Positions 47,349 through 56,491 are shown, counted from the stretch's first letter. The stretch: 64,000 bases of DNA from Myxococcales bacterium (GCA_031398585.1 JANNNO010000415.1:1430-65429), one strand, 5' to 3'. Numbers and translations: made by a program. The notes: generated by a model not told the origin, from the letters alone.

Positions 47349-48491
47349 GTGTCGTCGACGCCCCCCCCGCCCCCCGAAGGCCCCACGCGCGCGGCCAGTG
47401 AAGGCGCCGCCGACGCCGGTGCGCGCGTCTGGACGATCCTCGAGGTCGTGCGCTGGACCCAAGCACGCTTCACCGAGCGGGGGATCCCGAGTGCGCGCCT
47501 CGACGCCGAGCTCCTTGCGGCGCAAGCCTTCGGTCTCGCGCGCATTGCTCTTTACGCCCAGTTCGACCGTCCGCTGCTGCCGCATGAACAGGCCGCCTAC
47601 CGCGAGCTCGTCAAACGGCGCCTTGGCGGCGAGCCAGTCGCGTACATCACCGGCCGCAAAGAATTCTGGAGCCTCGACCTCGCCGTCGATGCCCGCGTCC
47701 TCATTCCGCGTCCGGACACCGAAACCGCGGTGCAAGCCGTGCTCGATCTCGAAGCCGTGGTGAGTCACCGCAAACGGCGGCGCGGCCGATCCGCGGCGCT
47801 GGCCGAAGCCCGACGAGAGAACGAGGGTGGCGAAGGCGTCAGTGAAAACGACGGATCCGCCGGCATGGCCGTCACCGACCACTCGCTGGCAGCCCAGGCC
47901 CTGGCAAATTCATCCGCGGGCACGAGAGCCCGCTCGGCACATGACCTGGTGCCCGCCCCGGCGCCCACGGGGGGCACGCTTCGCCTCGTCGACATCGGGA
48001 CTGGTTCGGGGGCCATCGCGCTCGCGCTCAAGAAAGAACTTCCGGACGCCGAGGTGCACGCGGTGGACCTTTCGGACGGCGCCCTCACAGTGGCGCGAGC
48101 AAACGCGGGACAACTGGGGCTGGCGGTGACGTTTCACGAGGGCGCTCTCACCGAGCCGCTGCAGGACTGCGGTCGCTTCGACGTCATCGTCTCGAACCTC
48201 CCCTACATCCCGACGGCAGACATCGCAGGTCTCGCGCCTGAGGTCCGCCGTGAACCCAAGCTCGCGCTCGACGGCGGCGCCGATGGGCTCGACCTGGTTC
48301 GCCAGCTGGTAGACCAGGCCCGCGCAAAGCTCGTCTCGGGAGGCGCGCTGGTTCTGGAGATCGGCGACGGCCAGGCAGAAGCCACCGCTACCCTCTGTCG
48401 CCAGGCCGGCTATGCCTCCGTGAGCACGGCCCGCGACCTCGGCGACATCGAGCGCGTGGTCATCGCCCGCACCCCGGGAGCCAGCGCTTGA
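47349..48491 (+). CDS. prmC: Release-factor glutamine N5-methyltransferase PrmC/HemK, with a ~65-aa low-complexity insertion
   Basis: GTG start. ...EPVAYITGRKEFWSLDLAVDARVLIPRPDTE..., SAM motif LVDIGTGSGAIALAL, catalytic SNLPYIP (NPPY-type). Confidence 0.85.
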   Translation: MSSTPPPPPEGPTRAASEGAADAGARVWTILEVVRWTQARFTERGIPSARLDAELLAAQAFGLARIALYAQFDRPLLPHEQAAYRELVKRRLGGEPVAYITGRKEFWSLDLAVDARVLIPRPDTETAVQAVLDLEAVVSHRKRRRGRSAALAEARRENEGGEGVSENDGSAGMAVTDHSLAAQALANSSAGTRARSAHDLVPAPAPTGGTLRLVDIGTGSGAIALALKKELPDAEVHAVDLSDGALTVARANAGQLGLAVTFHEGALTEPLQDCGRFDVIVSNLPYIPTADIAGLAPEVRREPKLALDGGADGLDLVRQLVDQARAKLVSGGALVLEIGDGQAEATATLCRQAGYASVSTARDLGDIERVVIARTPGASA

Positions 48492-49048
48492 GCGCACCAT
48501 CGAACGCCCGCTCGCCCATCGCTCGCAGCAGCGCCGCCAGCTTCGTCCGCCCGACAGCCAGTCGGATCTTTCCCACCATCCTGCCCACCATCCTGCCCAA
48601 AATCCTGCCCATCCTCGCCCTCGCCCTCGCCTCCCTCAGCAGCGCCTGCATGGGCACCACGCAGCGGCGAGAAGACGACCTCAAGCGCCACGCACTCACC
48701 TTCAACGACGACTGGCGCTGGGCGCGCTGGGACTCGATGGCAGGATCGATGTCCGCCGAAGAGGCCACCGGCTTTCTGTCGCGCGCGCAGACTCTCGAGC
48801 CCGAGCTCGTCGTCGCCGACTTCGAGGTGACGTCGATCAACTTCCTCGAACAATCCAAGCGCGCGAACGTCGTCGCGAAATTCGAGTGGTACATGAAGCG
48901 CGACGCGCGCATCAAACGCACCACGGTCGAACAACTCTGGGAAAACCGCGAAGGCCGCTGGCTCGTCATCAAGATCCGCCGCACGCGCGGCGATCGATTC
49001 GGTCTCGTCATCGAGCCGGAACCAACGCCTGCGCCCCCGGCACCCTGA
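48488..49048 (+). CDS. Hypothetical lipoprotein
   Basis: 186-aa ORF with a TTG start that overlaps the prmC stop. ILPILALALASLSSAC is a lipobox. I recognised no family motif. Confidence 0.5.
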   Translation: MSAPSNARSPIARSSAASFVRPTASRIFPTILPTILPKILPILALALASLSSACMGTTQRREDDLKRHALTFNDDWRWARWDSMAGSMSAEEATGFLSRAQTLEPELVVADFEVTSINFLEQSKRANVVAKFEWYMKRDARIKRTTVEQLWENREGRWLVIKIRRTRGDRFGLVIEPEPTPAPPAP

Positions 49049-49130
49049 TCCTGATCCCAGCCCCACCGAATCGTCCGCTACGCCACGCAGCACTCACCCT
49101 TGCTCCCGAAAAAAAGACCTGCCGACCAGT

Positions 49131-49706
49131 TTGCGGGAACTTTTCCCCCGCCCCGGGCAGACTGATCCCACGGCCTTGAGCTCTGCCAACGACACACGAC
49201 CGGAGTTTGCGGCGCTGACGTTGCCCCACATGGGCTCGCTGTACCGCACGGCGTGTCGATTGGCCGCCGGCCAAGCGGAGGCCGAGGACCTGGTGCAAGA
49301 GACTTACCTCGAAGGGTTCCGCTGCTACCCGAGCTTGCGCGACCCGGAGTGTGCGCGTGCGTGGCTGTTTCGCATTCTGCACAACCTCTGGAGCGAACGC
49401 CGCGCTCGTGAAGGCGCGCGCGCCCTGCAAAGCGCCCTCGGGCCCGGTACTCCCGGCCATCTCGATCCGCAGCTTGCCGACAACGGCTACTCCGACGAGG
49501 TGGCGCGTGCCTTGAGTGCCCTGCCCGAAGAGTTCCGCACGGCTGTGTTGCTGGTGACCGTGGAAGAGATGAGCTACGGCGAGGTCGCCGAGGTCATGGA
49601 TTGTCCGATCGGCACGGTCCGTTCGCGCGTCGCGCGCGGCCGCGCCCTGCTGGGAGCGGCGCTCGGCACCGCTCGGATCGAGCTGCTACGAAAGGAGACT
49701 CCGTGA
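49131..49706 (+). CDS. ECF (group IV) sigma-70 family sigma factor
   Basis: Region 2 AEDLVQETYLEGF...WLFRILHN. Region 4 EEFRTAVLLVTVEEMSYGEVAEVMDCPIGTVRSRVARGRALL. The start is uncertain (TTG 49131 or TTG 49176). Confidence 0.9.
   Translation: MRELFPRPGQTDPTALSSANDTRPEFAALTLPHMGSLYRTACRLAAGQAEAEDLVQETYLEGFRCYPSLRDPECARAWLFRILHNLWSERRAREGARALQSALGPGTPGHLDPQLADNGYSDEVARALSALPEEFRTAVLLVTVEEMSYGEVAEVMDCPIGTVRSRVARGRALLGAALGTARIELLRKETP
49136..49166 (+). promoter_or_regulatory. ECF-type promoter-like motif (GGAACTT-N18-ACTGAT)
   Basis: GGAACTT at 49136-49142 matches the RpoE-type -35 consensus. ACTGAT at 49161-49166 resembles TCTGA, but the spacer is 2 nt longer than canonical. If the motif is real, the sigma-factor start would be the in-frame TTG at 49176. 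Confidence 0.25.
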
Positions 49707-50326
49707 TGCGGTGCCAAGACGCGTTCGAGGCGCTGAGCGCCCGGTTCGACGGTGAGCTCGACGCCGAGGAGCTTCCAGCCCTGGAAGCCCACCTCGCCAG
49801 CTGCGTCGCCTGCCGATCGTTGCAAGAGCAACTGGCGCCTGTCGCCCGACGATTGCGTGGCGCCGCGGTGGAACAACCCCACCCCTCGCTTGCCCTGCAG
49901 GCACGAATCGCCAACGCCGTCAGGCCCAAGAAGTCGCCGCGTCGGGTTCCCGTCGTCTTCGGCTTTGCCTTCATCGGGGCGGCCGCTGCGCTCGGCCTCT
50001 TCGCCGTCGCCGCGCGTGCGCGCACGAATCACGCCGCTGACTCCGCGCTCGCGGGCGCGCATGAGCTTCGCGAAATCACGGGCACCAACGGCAGCGCCAG
50101 CGTCGAGCCGTGTCGTCACGCCACCGAGCTCGGTTTTGTCGCCAGCGCCTGCTCCGAGGGCGGTCTGCCCCGAGCCAAGCTCGCGATGAAGGCGATGGTG
50201 AAACGAGCGCGCGATCGCGGCCTCGATCTCACCTGCCGCAGCTGCCACCGCGACGAACAGACCTACGACCTCAACGACGACGCCCGCACCCGCCTCGCCG
50301 AAGTCCTCGCCGCCACCCGGACGTGA
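49706..50326 (+). CDS. Anti-sigma factor (zf-HC2 type), single-pass, with a Cys-containing periplasmic domain carrying CxxCH
   Basis: ATG 49706 shares one nucleotide with the sigma-factor stop (GTGATG). MRCQDAFEALSARFDGELD...HLASCVACRS is the zf-HC2 motif. TM helix VPVVFGFAFIGAAAALGLFAVAA. CRSCH at 50234-50248. Confidence 0.8.
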   Translation: MRCQDAFEALSARFDGELDAEELPALEAHLASCVACRSLQEQLAPVARRLRGAAVEQPHPSLALQARIANAVRPKKSPRRVPVVFGFAFIGAAAALGLFAVAARARTNHAADSALAGAHELREITGTNGSASVEPCRHATELGFVASACSEGGLPRAKLAMKAMVKRARDRGLDLTCRSCHRDEQTYDLNDDARTRLAEVLAATRT

Positions 50327-50537
50327 AGCGAACCGGCCGCTCGGCCGCGAGCTCGCTGCCGCGGATCAAGACGCCCAGCTCACGACACGACGTCGCGCAG
50401 TGAAGCGCGCGACAACTCAAACCGGATCGGTGACAGAACGCCTGGCAAGAAGGCTTTCAAAGACGCCGTCAAACCTACCTGAGCTGCCGCTTCGATCCCA
50501 CCAATGAGGTAGGGAGTGCTCCGCGGCGTCGCGCCTG

Positions 50538-52406
50538 TCAGTCACATCTGAACGGATCCAGGCACGAATAGAAGTTGCCGGTGCCCTCGACGGGGCAATC
50601 GCCCGCTGCCTCGCACTTCTTGGACGAGTCGTTCTCGCAGCGACCACGGCAGCGCAAGCTGTAGCAGTCGTTGTTGTTCCCGCAGACCGCGCCGGTCATC
50701 TTCTTGGGATCCGCGCATCGGCCGTTGCCTCCGCACGTGAGCCCACCGCTGCAACTCCCCGTTGCGCCGCTGCGGGCGCGGCAGCAAAGTTGTCCGTCGC
50801 GACCGCAGGCCGAGCAGCGATACGACGGCGGCGTGCCGAGCAAGCGATCGCCGCAGGTGAGGCTGCCCGAGTTGCAAGTTCCGTTGTCGCAGCAAGGGGC
50901 GCCATCGCCACCGCACTCGACGCACGATCCTTTGCCGTCGCACTTGCCGCCCGAGCAGGCGGCGTTGGCCGCTTTGGGTCGGCATGCCCCGTCCTCGCAC
51001 TGCTGGCACGCGGGGCAGCTCACGCCCGAGCAAGCATCGACGCACTGGTTGGTGCCCTGGGGTTTGTAGCCCGAGTTGCAGCTGCTGCGCTGGCACGCCC
51101 CGCCCGAACAGGCTCCCTTGCCGTTGCTGATGGGACACGAGGTCCCGTCGCAGCAGTAGCTGCTCGCGCGGCACTGCCCGTCGCACGACTTCTCGCCCGA
51201 ATTGCAGCAGCGACCACCGGTGCAGCTACCGCTGCGGCACTCGGCCGTGTTGCCACAGGTCTCCCCGCGCTCCTTCAACTGTACGCAAACGGCCGCGCGG
51301 CAGACGCTGTTGGCGCCACACGTGGTACCCGCCGCGCACTGCTGGTCGGCGCAGTCCACTTGCCCGTCGCAGTCGTCATCGGCTCCGTTGCCGCAATTCT
51401 CGGTGCTCACGCATTTGCCGTTGCACTTGGTCCCGGTGGTGCACTCGAAGTCGCAGGCGCCACTCACGCACGTCGCTTTGCCGCCGGCCGGCGCCGCACA
51501 GGGCATGCATGACGAGGTCCCGCAGCTGTTGACGTCGCTGTCCGACACGCAGTTGCCGTTGCAACTATGCTGGCCGGTCGGACATTGCCCATCACAAGGT
51601 TTGTCAGCGCCGATGCAGGCACCGAGACACGCCTTGCTGCCCATCGGGCAGGACGTGCCACAGCTGGTTCCGTCGCAGGTGGCGGTGCCACCGGTGGGCA
51701 CGGGACACGGCGTGCACGAGACACCGCAATGGGCGACCAGCTTGTCGTCGACACAGGCATCCCCACAGCGATGGAATCCGGGATTGCAGGTGATCACACA
51801 CTGGGTGCCATCACATTCCGAGCGGCCATTGCTGGGATTGGAACAGGGAACGCAGGCGGATCCGCACGCCGTCTTCTCGGTCGCTGGTACGCAGAGTCCG
51901 TTGCACGCGTTCTTGCCCGCTGGGCAAGCGCCGTCGCAGATCTCATCCATGCCGATGCAGGAATTGGTCGCCGGACAGGCCTTCTTGCCCGCCGGGCAAG
52001 AGACGCCGCACTTGAGCCCATCGCAGGTCGCCTCGCCGCCGGTAACCGACGGACAGGGATCACACGCGACGCCACAATGCGCGGGCCGCTTGCCATCGAC
52101 ACACACGCCCGCGCATCGGTGAAAGCCGGGTTCGCAGCTGGGATCCGCCGGGGGAGGTGCGCCGCCGTTGGCTCCGCCGCTGGAATTCTCAGGGCCAGAA
52201 GGCGCCGGGACGTCTCGGCTGGAAGAGCCATCCACGCCACCCGACCCGCCACCGCTGGCGCCCGGACGCGTGGTCGCCGGTGCGGTATCGGCCGGATCGG
52301 CGCGATTCGGTTGGATGCAAGCCACGCCCGCCAACGTCGCAGCCAATGCCGCCACTCCGAACAGCCACCCCATGGTTCGCGCCTCGCGATTCACTCGATT
52401 GGCCAT
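50538..52406 (-). CDS. Cysteine-rich repeat lipoprotein
   Basis: 622 aa. The signal ...WLFGVAALAATLAGVAC is followed by a Gly/Ser/Pro tether, then about 90 Cys in CxxxxC/CDGxxC-type units, including CGNGADDDCDGQVDCADQQC (the same module as in the 358-3759 protein). Confidence 0.75.
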   Translation of the reverse strand: MANRVNREARTMGWLFGVAALAATLAGVACIQPNRADPADTAPATTRPGASGGGSGGVDGSSSRDVPAPSGPENSSGGANGGAPPPADPSCEPGFHRCAGVCVDGKRPAHCGVACDPCPSVTGGEATCDGLKCGVSCPAGKKACPATNSCIGMDEICDGACPAGKNACNGLCVPATEKTACGSACVPCSNPSNGRSECDGTQCVITCNPGFHRCGDACVDDKLVAHCGVSCTPCPVPTGGTATCDGTSCGTSCPMGSKACLGACIGADKPCDGQCPTGQHSCNGNCVSDSDVNSCGTSSCMPCAAPAGGKATCVSGACDFECTTGTKCNGKCVSTENCGNGADDDCDGQVDCADQQCAAGTTCGANSVCRAAVCVQLKERGETCGNTAECRSGSCTGGRCCNSGEKSCDGQCRASSYCCDGTSCPISNGKGACSGGACQRSSCNSGYKPQGTNQCVDACSGVSCPACQQCEDGACRPKAANAACSGGKCDGKGSCVECGGDGAPCCDNGTCNSGSLTCGDRLLGTPPSYRCSACGRDGQLCCRARSGATGSCSGGLTCGGNGRCADPKKMTGAVCGNNNDCYSLRCRGRCENDSSKKCEAAGDCPVEGTGNFYSCLDPFRCD

Positions 52407-52655
52407 CCGTAAGCTCCCTCTCGTCCAACGCGACCACAGGTAAAAGCCGCCCGCACCGTCAAAATGACGGTAGGCGTGAAGCTTCTACCAAATGGTCGGT
52501 CAGACCGAGCGTGAAGTTGCGCACACCGAACCGGGCTTTTCGGCAGCGCCGGAAAATCCAATCATTGCCAAGGACAAGAGTCATTCACACCGGCGGCTGC
52601 GCTGCGCCAACGCGCGCCGCAAGCCTCGAGGTACGGAGTCGACTCAGCGCACCTG

Positions 52656-53513
52656 TCACGGAGACGCGGGGCAGGCGTTGGGGCAACCAAGCCCGCAGTC
52701 GACGCCCAGCTCCCCCGGTCCGAGCTTGCCGTCGTTGCAATCCATTCTAACGAACTCGATCGATCGGAGACCGGGACGGTCCCAGAGAAAGCTGTTGTTC
52801 ATGCCACTGAGCTGGAGCTTGTCGCCCTTCACGCACATCGAAGCCTGCGAGTAGTGCGCGGTCGGGGATGCTGGGAAGTGCGTGATCGTTGAACCACTTT
52901 GCGAGTACGCGCCGAGGATGGTGTTCACTTCGAAGATCTCGAAGTTGCAGTCACAGCCGCCGCGGCTGGCGTTCGCCGAGCACTTGAAGGTGTTGTACTC
53001 GCCGGCGCCTTCGTTCGATTTCTCGAGATCGGTCTGGAATTGAGTGCAATCCCCCGAGTAGCCGTACTTGCGAAGGCACGTCTGCGAGAACCAACGGTCC
53101 ACAAACCCCTTGCGCGTGAGATTCGCTCGGTAGATGCCGCCTGGCTGGTACTCGAGAAACCCCGTCACATAGGGCAGGTCTTCCCACCAGTAGTTGTGCT
53201 TCTTCACCGCTTCTTTCATGTCAGAAGTGACGATCAGCTCGGAGCACCAGTCGGCCGACGTTCGCTCGGGAGGCCGCTGGCGCCCCACCGGCAGTGGCTG
53301 GTCGCGCAGGTGCGCTTCCGGTGGAGGAGTGTGGGTGACCTCTTGGCAATAGGTGCCAGGCGTCTCTTGGCCGCGTGGAAGCTGCGCCCACTTGTCGACG
53401 GGATTGCCACCGCAGCTGTCGAGCTCACTGCACACCGGGCCCTTGCTGCAGGAGGAAAGCATAGGCAGCAGCGCCAGGCACGCGACCAGGCTGTTTTCAT
53501 AGAGCGACTTCAT
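52656..53513 (-). CDS. Hypothetical lipoprotein with a Cys-rich C-terminal knot
   Basis: Trimmed to ATG 53513. MKSLYENSLVACLALLPMLSSC has a lipobox. The protein ends ...CNDGKLGPGELGVDCGLGCPNACPASP. GC looks lower than the flanks by eye. Confidence 0.65.
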   Translation of the reverse strand: MKSLYENSLVACLALLPMLSSCSKGPVCSELDSCGGNPVDKWAQLPRGQETPGTYCQEVTHTPPPEAHLRDQPLPVGRQRPPERTSADWCSELIVTSDMKEAVKKHNYWWEDLPYVTGFLEYQPGGIYRANLTRKGFVDRWFSQTCLRKYGYSGDCTQFQTDLEKSNEGAGEYNTFKCSANASRGGCDCNFEIFEVNTILGAYSQSGSTITHFPASPTAHYSQASMCVKGDKLQLSGMNNSFLWDRPGLRSIEFVRMDCNDGKLGPGELGVDCGLGCPNACPASP

Positions 53514-53555
53514 GCGCTTGTCCGATTGCCAACGAAGTTTGACCATCCGGCGACC

Positions 53556-54941
53556 CTAGAAAAAAAGGTTGGTTGCAGCGTGAACGCGAGTGTTGCTGGG
53601 AAGGGTGCCATTGCCGCGTTCCTGCTCCGTGACCTGATAGGACAGGCCGATATGCAGGTCGGGCGTGATCCCGACGAACAAGCTTCCATCGTAATAGGTC
53701 GATTTGGTGAAGATGCTGCCCTGGTTGGTCAGCGGCGTGAGGTCCTTCAGGTTGTCGGACCACAGCCGAGCGTAGAGCCCCGTCACCCAGATCCGCGCGA
53801 ACGAAACCGGCAGGTAGTACTGCGCCCCCATCACGAACGCCTGCCAGTTGATGGTCTTGAGGTTCTCCTCGGAGTCGTACGTGACCAGGCCGCTGTCCAC
53901 GTTGGGGATGAACAGAGGCGGAATGCCGAGGCCCCCGGGATTGGGGAGCGAGGGAAACTTCGCGCCGCCGGTGAGAAACGAATAGCGATCGGCGATGCCG
54001 GTACCGATGGAGGCCTCGAGCGTGAGCGTGAGGCAGTTGAAGAAATCGGAGGCGTCGCTCGCGGGGAGGATCGGAATCAAGGCATTGGCGGTCACGCCCC
54101 AGCCTGTCTCCTCCATCGGACGCCGAGGGAGCTCGCGGTACTCCGTCACTGCGAACTTCCTCCAGAGGGCCGACACGCCAAACGAAAGGGGAACCAGCTC
54201 AGGCCGGTCGTTGCCCTGAATGGTGCGCCCCTGCAAGCCCTGGTGGGCGAGACGAAATCCACCTTCGATGTCAGGCATCTCGGCGTCGCGCTGTGCTGGG
54301 CGAGCGACCGCCAGAGCGGTCTCTACCTGAAACACCTGTCCCAGCGTCTTCGAGATCCGGGCCTGCGGACCGTGGTGATAGATCTGTCCGGTCGTACCCA
54401 GGAAAGCGACGGTGCCGGGATAGAAGCCCGCTCCACCCCAGCCGAGAAGTGACGGATGCTGCCCTGCCAGAAAATCGAGAACAGGCGTGCGCAGCCGCAA
54501 GTAGGCGTGCCGCAGGCGCATGGTACCGACGACGTTGTAGTCGTTCTCGGTCGCATCGGTCGGCTGCAGGCCGAAGAAATCGAAATTGATGTGCCCGCTG
54601 GCCTCCATGCGGCGGTAAGCAGGCGCCGCAACGATCAACCCGATACGGCTGTTCTTCGCTGTGAACTGGGTCCGCCCGTAGTCGCCGAGGTAGGTGCCAC
54701 GCGGCATGACCGGCGTGTTGAGCGAAGCCTCGAGGAAACTCTGGGTCGAGTCGTGAATGGCATCGAGCTCGACGAACCCGTAAAAGCGCATCTGCCAGCG
54801 ATCGGCAGCCGGCGGCGTGGCCGCGACGGTTTGATTGGGAGACGCCTGTTCGGTCTGAGTCTGAGCGCCGACCAAGGAAGGGGAGAGAGCCCCGAATGCG
54901 AAGGCGAAGGCGAAGAAAGTCCAACGGTGAAAATGGCTCAT
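53556..54941 (-). CDS. Outer-membrane beta-barrel (porin-like) protein
   Basis: Trimmed to ATG 54941. MSHFHRWTFFAFAFAFGALSPSLVGAQ is a signal peptide. Alternating amphipathic strands run throughout, and the protein ends ...VHAATNLFF (terminal Phe). Confidence 0.7.
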   Translation of the reverse strand: MSHFHRWTFFAFAFAFGALSPSLVGAQTQTEQASPNQTVAATPPAADRWQMRFYGFVELDAIHDSTQSFLEASLNTPVMPRGTYLGDYGRTQFTAKNSRIGLIVAAPAYRRMEASGHINFDFFGLQPTDATENDYNVVGTMRLRHAYLRLRTPVLDFLAGQHPSLLGWGGAGFYPGTVAFLGTTGQIYHHGPQARISKTLGQVFQVETALAVARPAQRDAEMPDIEGGFRLAHQGLQGRTIQGNDRPELVPLSFGVSALWRKFAVTEYRELPRRPMEETGWGVTANALIPILPASDASDFFNCLTLTLEASIGTGIADRYSFLTGGAKFPSLPNPGGLGIPPLFIPNVDSGLVTYDSEENLKTINWQAFVMGAQYYLPVSFARIWVTGLYARLWSDNLKDLTPLTNQGSIFTKSTYYDGSLFVGITPDLHIGLSYQVTEQERGNGTLPSNTRVHAATNLFF

Positions 54942-55134
54942 TCGATCGGGTCTCCAGGTCAGCTGACGAACCATGTTGTGAGTGTCAGGAAAGCTGAACC
55001 ACCCCGTCGAGCCTCTCCCCATCACTCCCGTGCAAACGGGCCTACCTGATTCAGACTTGGACTAGCAAGCGTTTTCAGTGCCCCGCCAGGCAGCGGCTCT
55101 CTTGCACGGCGCTCGCTTCGGAGGTCGATAGCGG

Positions 55135-55161
55135 AAAGGAAAAGGGGGCTTACGCCCCCCC
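55135..55161 (-). terminator. Rho-independent terminator downstream of the esterase gene
   Basis: The minus strand reads GGGGGC-GTAA-GCCCCC followed by TTTTCCTTTCC: a 6-bp GC stem, a GNRA loop and a T tract. It lies 32-60 nt after the stop at 55193. Confidence 0.6.
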
Positions 55162-55192
55162 ATCCTCACGTCTTCCTGCGAACGAACGCCGA

Positions 55193-56491
55193 TTACGGCA
55201 GCGAGTTGAACAACGCCCAGGCCGCGTCGGTGTGCCAGCTGAGGTTCTGGTGACCACCGCCAGGTTGGCAGAAGATCACCGGGAACGCCGCGGGACACAT
55301 GTACTTCTTGCAGCCCACTCCACCGCCTTCGGCCCATGCCACGGAGGGCGCCTTCTGCCAAGCAGACTCATCGTTCATGTCGGTTCCGGCGCCCATGCAC
55401 TTGTTCACGACCAGCGCTCGGCTGACCGCACGACGGGCCGCCATCGGCTGCTCGGTGTCGCCCGTGGGATGGATCCAGAGACCCGGCGTGGGCTTACCGT
55501 TGCACTTGGCTCGCTCGGAGGTGGTATCGGGGATGCCGCCACCATTCGAGGAGAGGCCTCGAATCAACTCACTCGCATGGGTGCAGCCGATCATGTTCGA
55601 GTACCAGCCGCCGCTGCTGTGACCCTGGACGAAGACCTTGTTCTTGTCGTAGCAGTACTTTTCCCCGACCTGCGCGAGGAAGCGTTCGAGGAACGGGTGC
55701 TCGATCGAGTTGGGATCCTTGTCGTCGTAGCACTGGTCGCGATCCCAGACGCCCGGCTCGACCACCGGGGAGATCAAGATCGCGCCTCCGGAGCCGTCCG
55801 TCACGTCGCCGACGTCGCCCATGGCGGCGAGGCTTTGGTTCCCGCCCGTGCAAGAGGAGGCGGCGATGAGGACCTTGTACTTCTTGTTGACGTCGTAGTT
55901 CGGCGGCAGGCGCACGAAGTACTTGCGGGTCCCGTCGCCAGCGTTATCCCGCTGGCCGACCGGCGTGGGAATGTTGGCAATGTCGTAGGCCTTCCACATG
56001 CCCGCGGCCTGATCCGGCTGCTTGCCGCAACCGGTGGTCGCCGCCACCTGCGAGAGATCTCTCACGCCCGGGTAGCCCATCCAGTCGCCGGTCGCAGGCG
56101 GGGGCGTCCCCGTCTCTGCGGCGGGACCGGTCTCGGTCGTCGGGCCGGCCGTGTCGGGAGTCGTGGCATTGCCACCCGCGCCGCCGGCGGGAGGAGTTCC
56201 GCCTGCGCCCGCCGTCCCCTCACCACCGGCACCGCCCGCGCCACCCGCAGGGGCACCAGCGCCGCCGGTAGCTCCGGTGGCGCCGCCGCTGGCAGTGCCG
56301 CCGCCGCCCGAGCCGCCGCTCGCCTTGCTGCCGCCCGAGCCACCCTTGTTGCCGGACGCGCCGCCGTTCGAGCCAGGAGGCGCGACGGGGACGGTATTGG
56401 CGCCCTTATCACCGCCGCAAGCTGCAAGGCCAGCGGCGCTCATTGTGAAGATCAACGAAAGCAAAAGCGGGGACTGCGAGCGGGTATTCAT
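55193..56491 (-). CDS. Lipoprotein esterase (alpha/beta hydrolase, PHB-depolymerase/feruloyl-esterase-like) with a long Gly/Ala-rich tether
   Basis: Track ORF 55193-57079 trimmed to ATG 56491 (MNTRSQSPLLLSLIFTMSAAGLAAC, lipobox); ATG 56503 is also possible. About 90 aa of Gly/Ala/Ser/Thr/Pro linker. Nucleophile elbow VFVQGHSSGGWYSNM (GxSxG). Confidence 0.75.
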   Translation of the reverse strand: MNTRSQSPLLLSLIFTMSAAGLAACGGDKGANTVPVAPPGSNGGASGNKGGSGGSKASGGSGGGGTASGGATGATGGAGAPAGGAGGAGGEGTAGAGGTPPAGGAGGNATTPDTAGPTTETGPAAETGTPPPATGDWMGYPGVRDLSQVAATTGCGKQPDQAAGMWKAYDIANIPTPVGQRDNAGDGTRKYFVRLPPNYDVNKKYKVLIAASSCTGGNQSLAAMGDVGDVTDGSGGAILISPVVEPGVWDRDQCYDDKDPNSIEHPFLERFLAQVGEKYCYDKNKVFVQGHSSGGWYSNMIGCTHASELIRGLSSNGGGIPDTTSERAKCNGKPTPGLWIHPTGDTEQPMAARRAVSRALVVNKCMGAGTDMNDESAWQKAPSVAWAEGGGVGCKKYMCPAAFPVIFCQPGGGHQNLSWHTDAAWALFNSLP

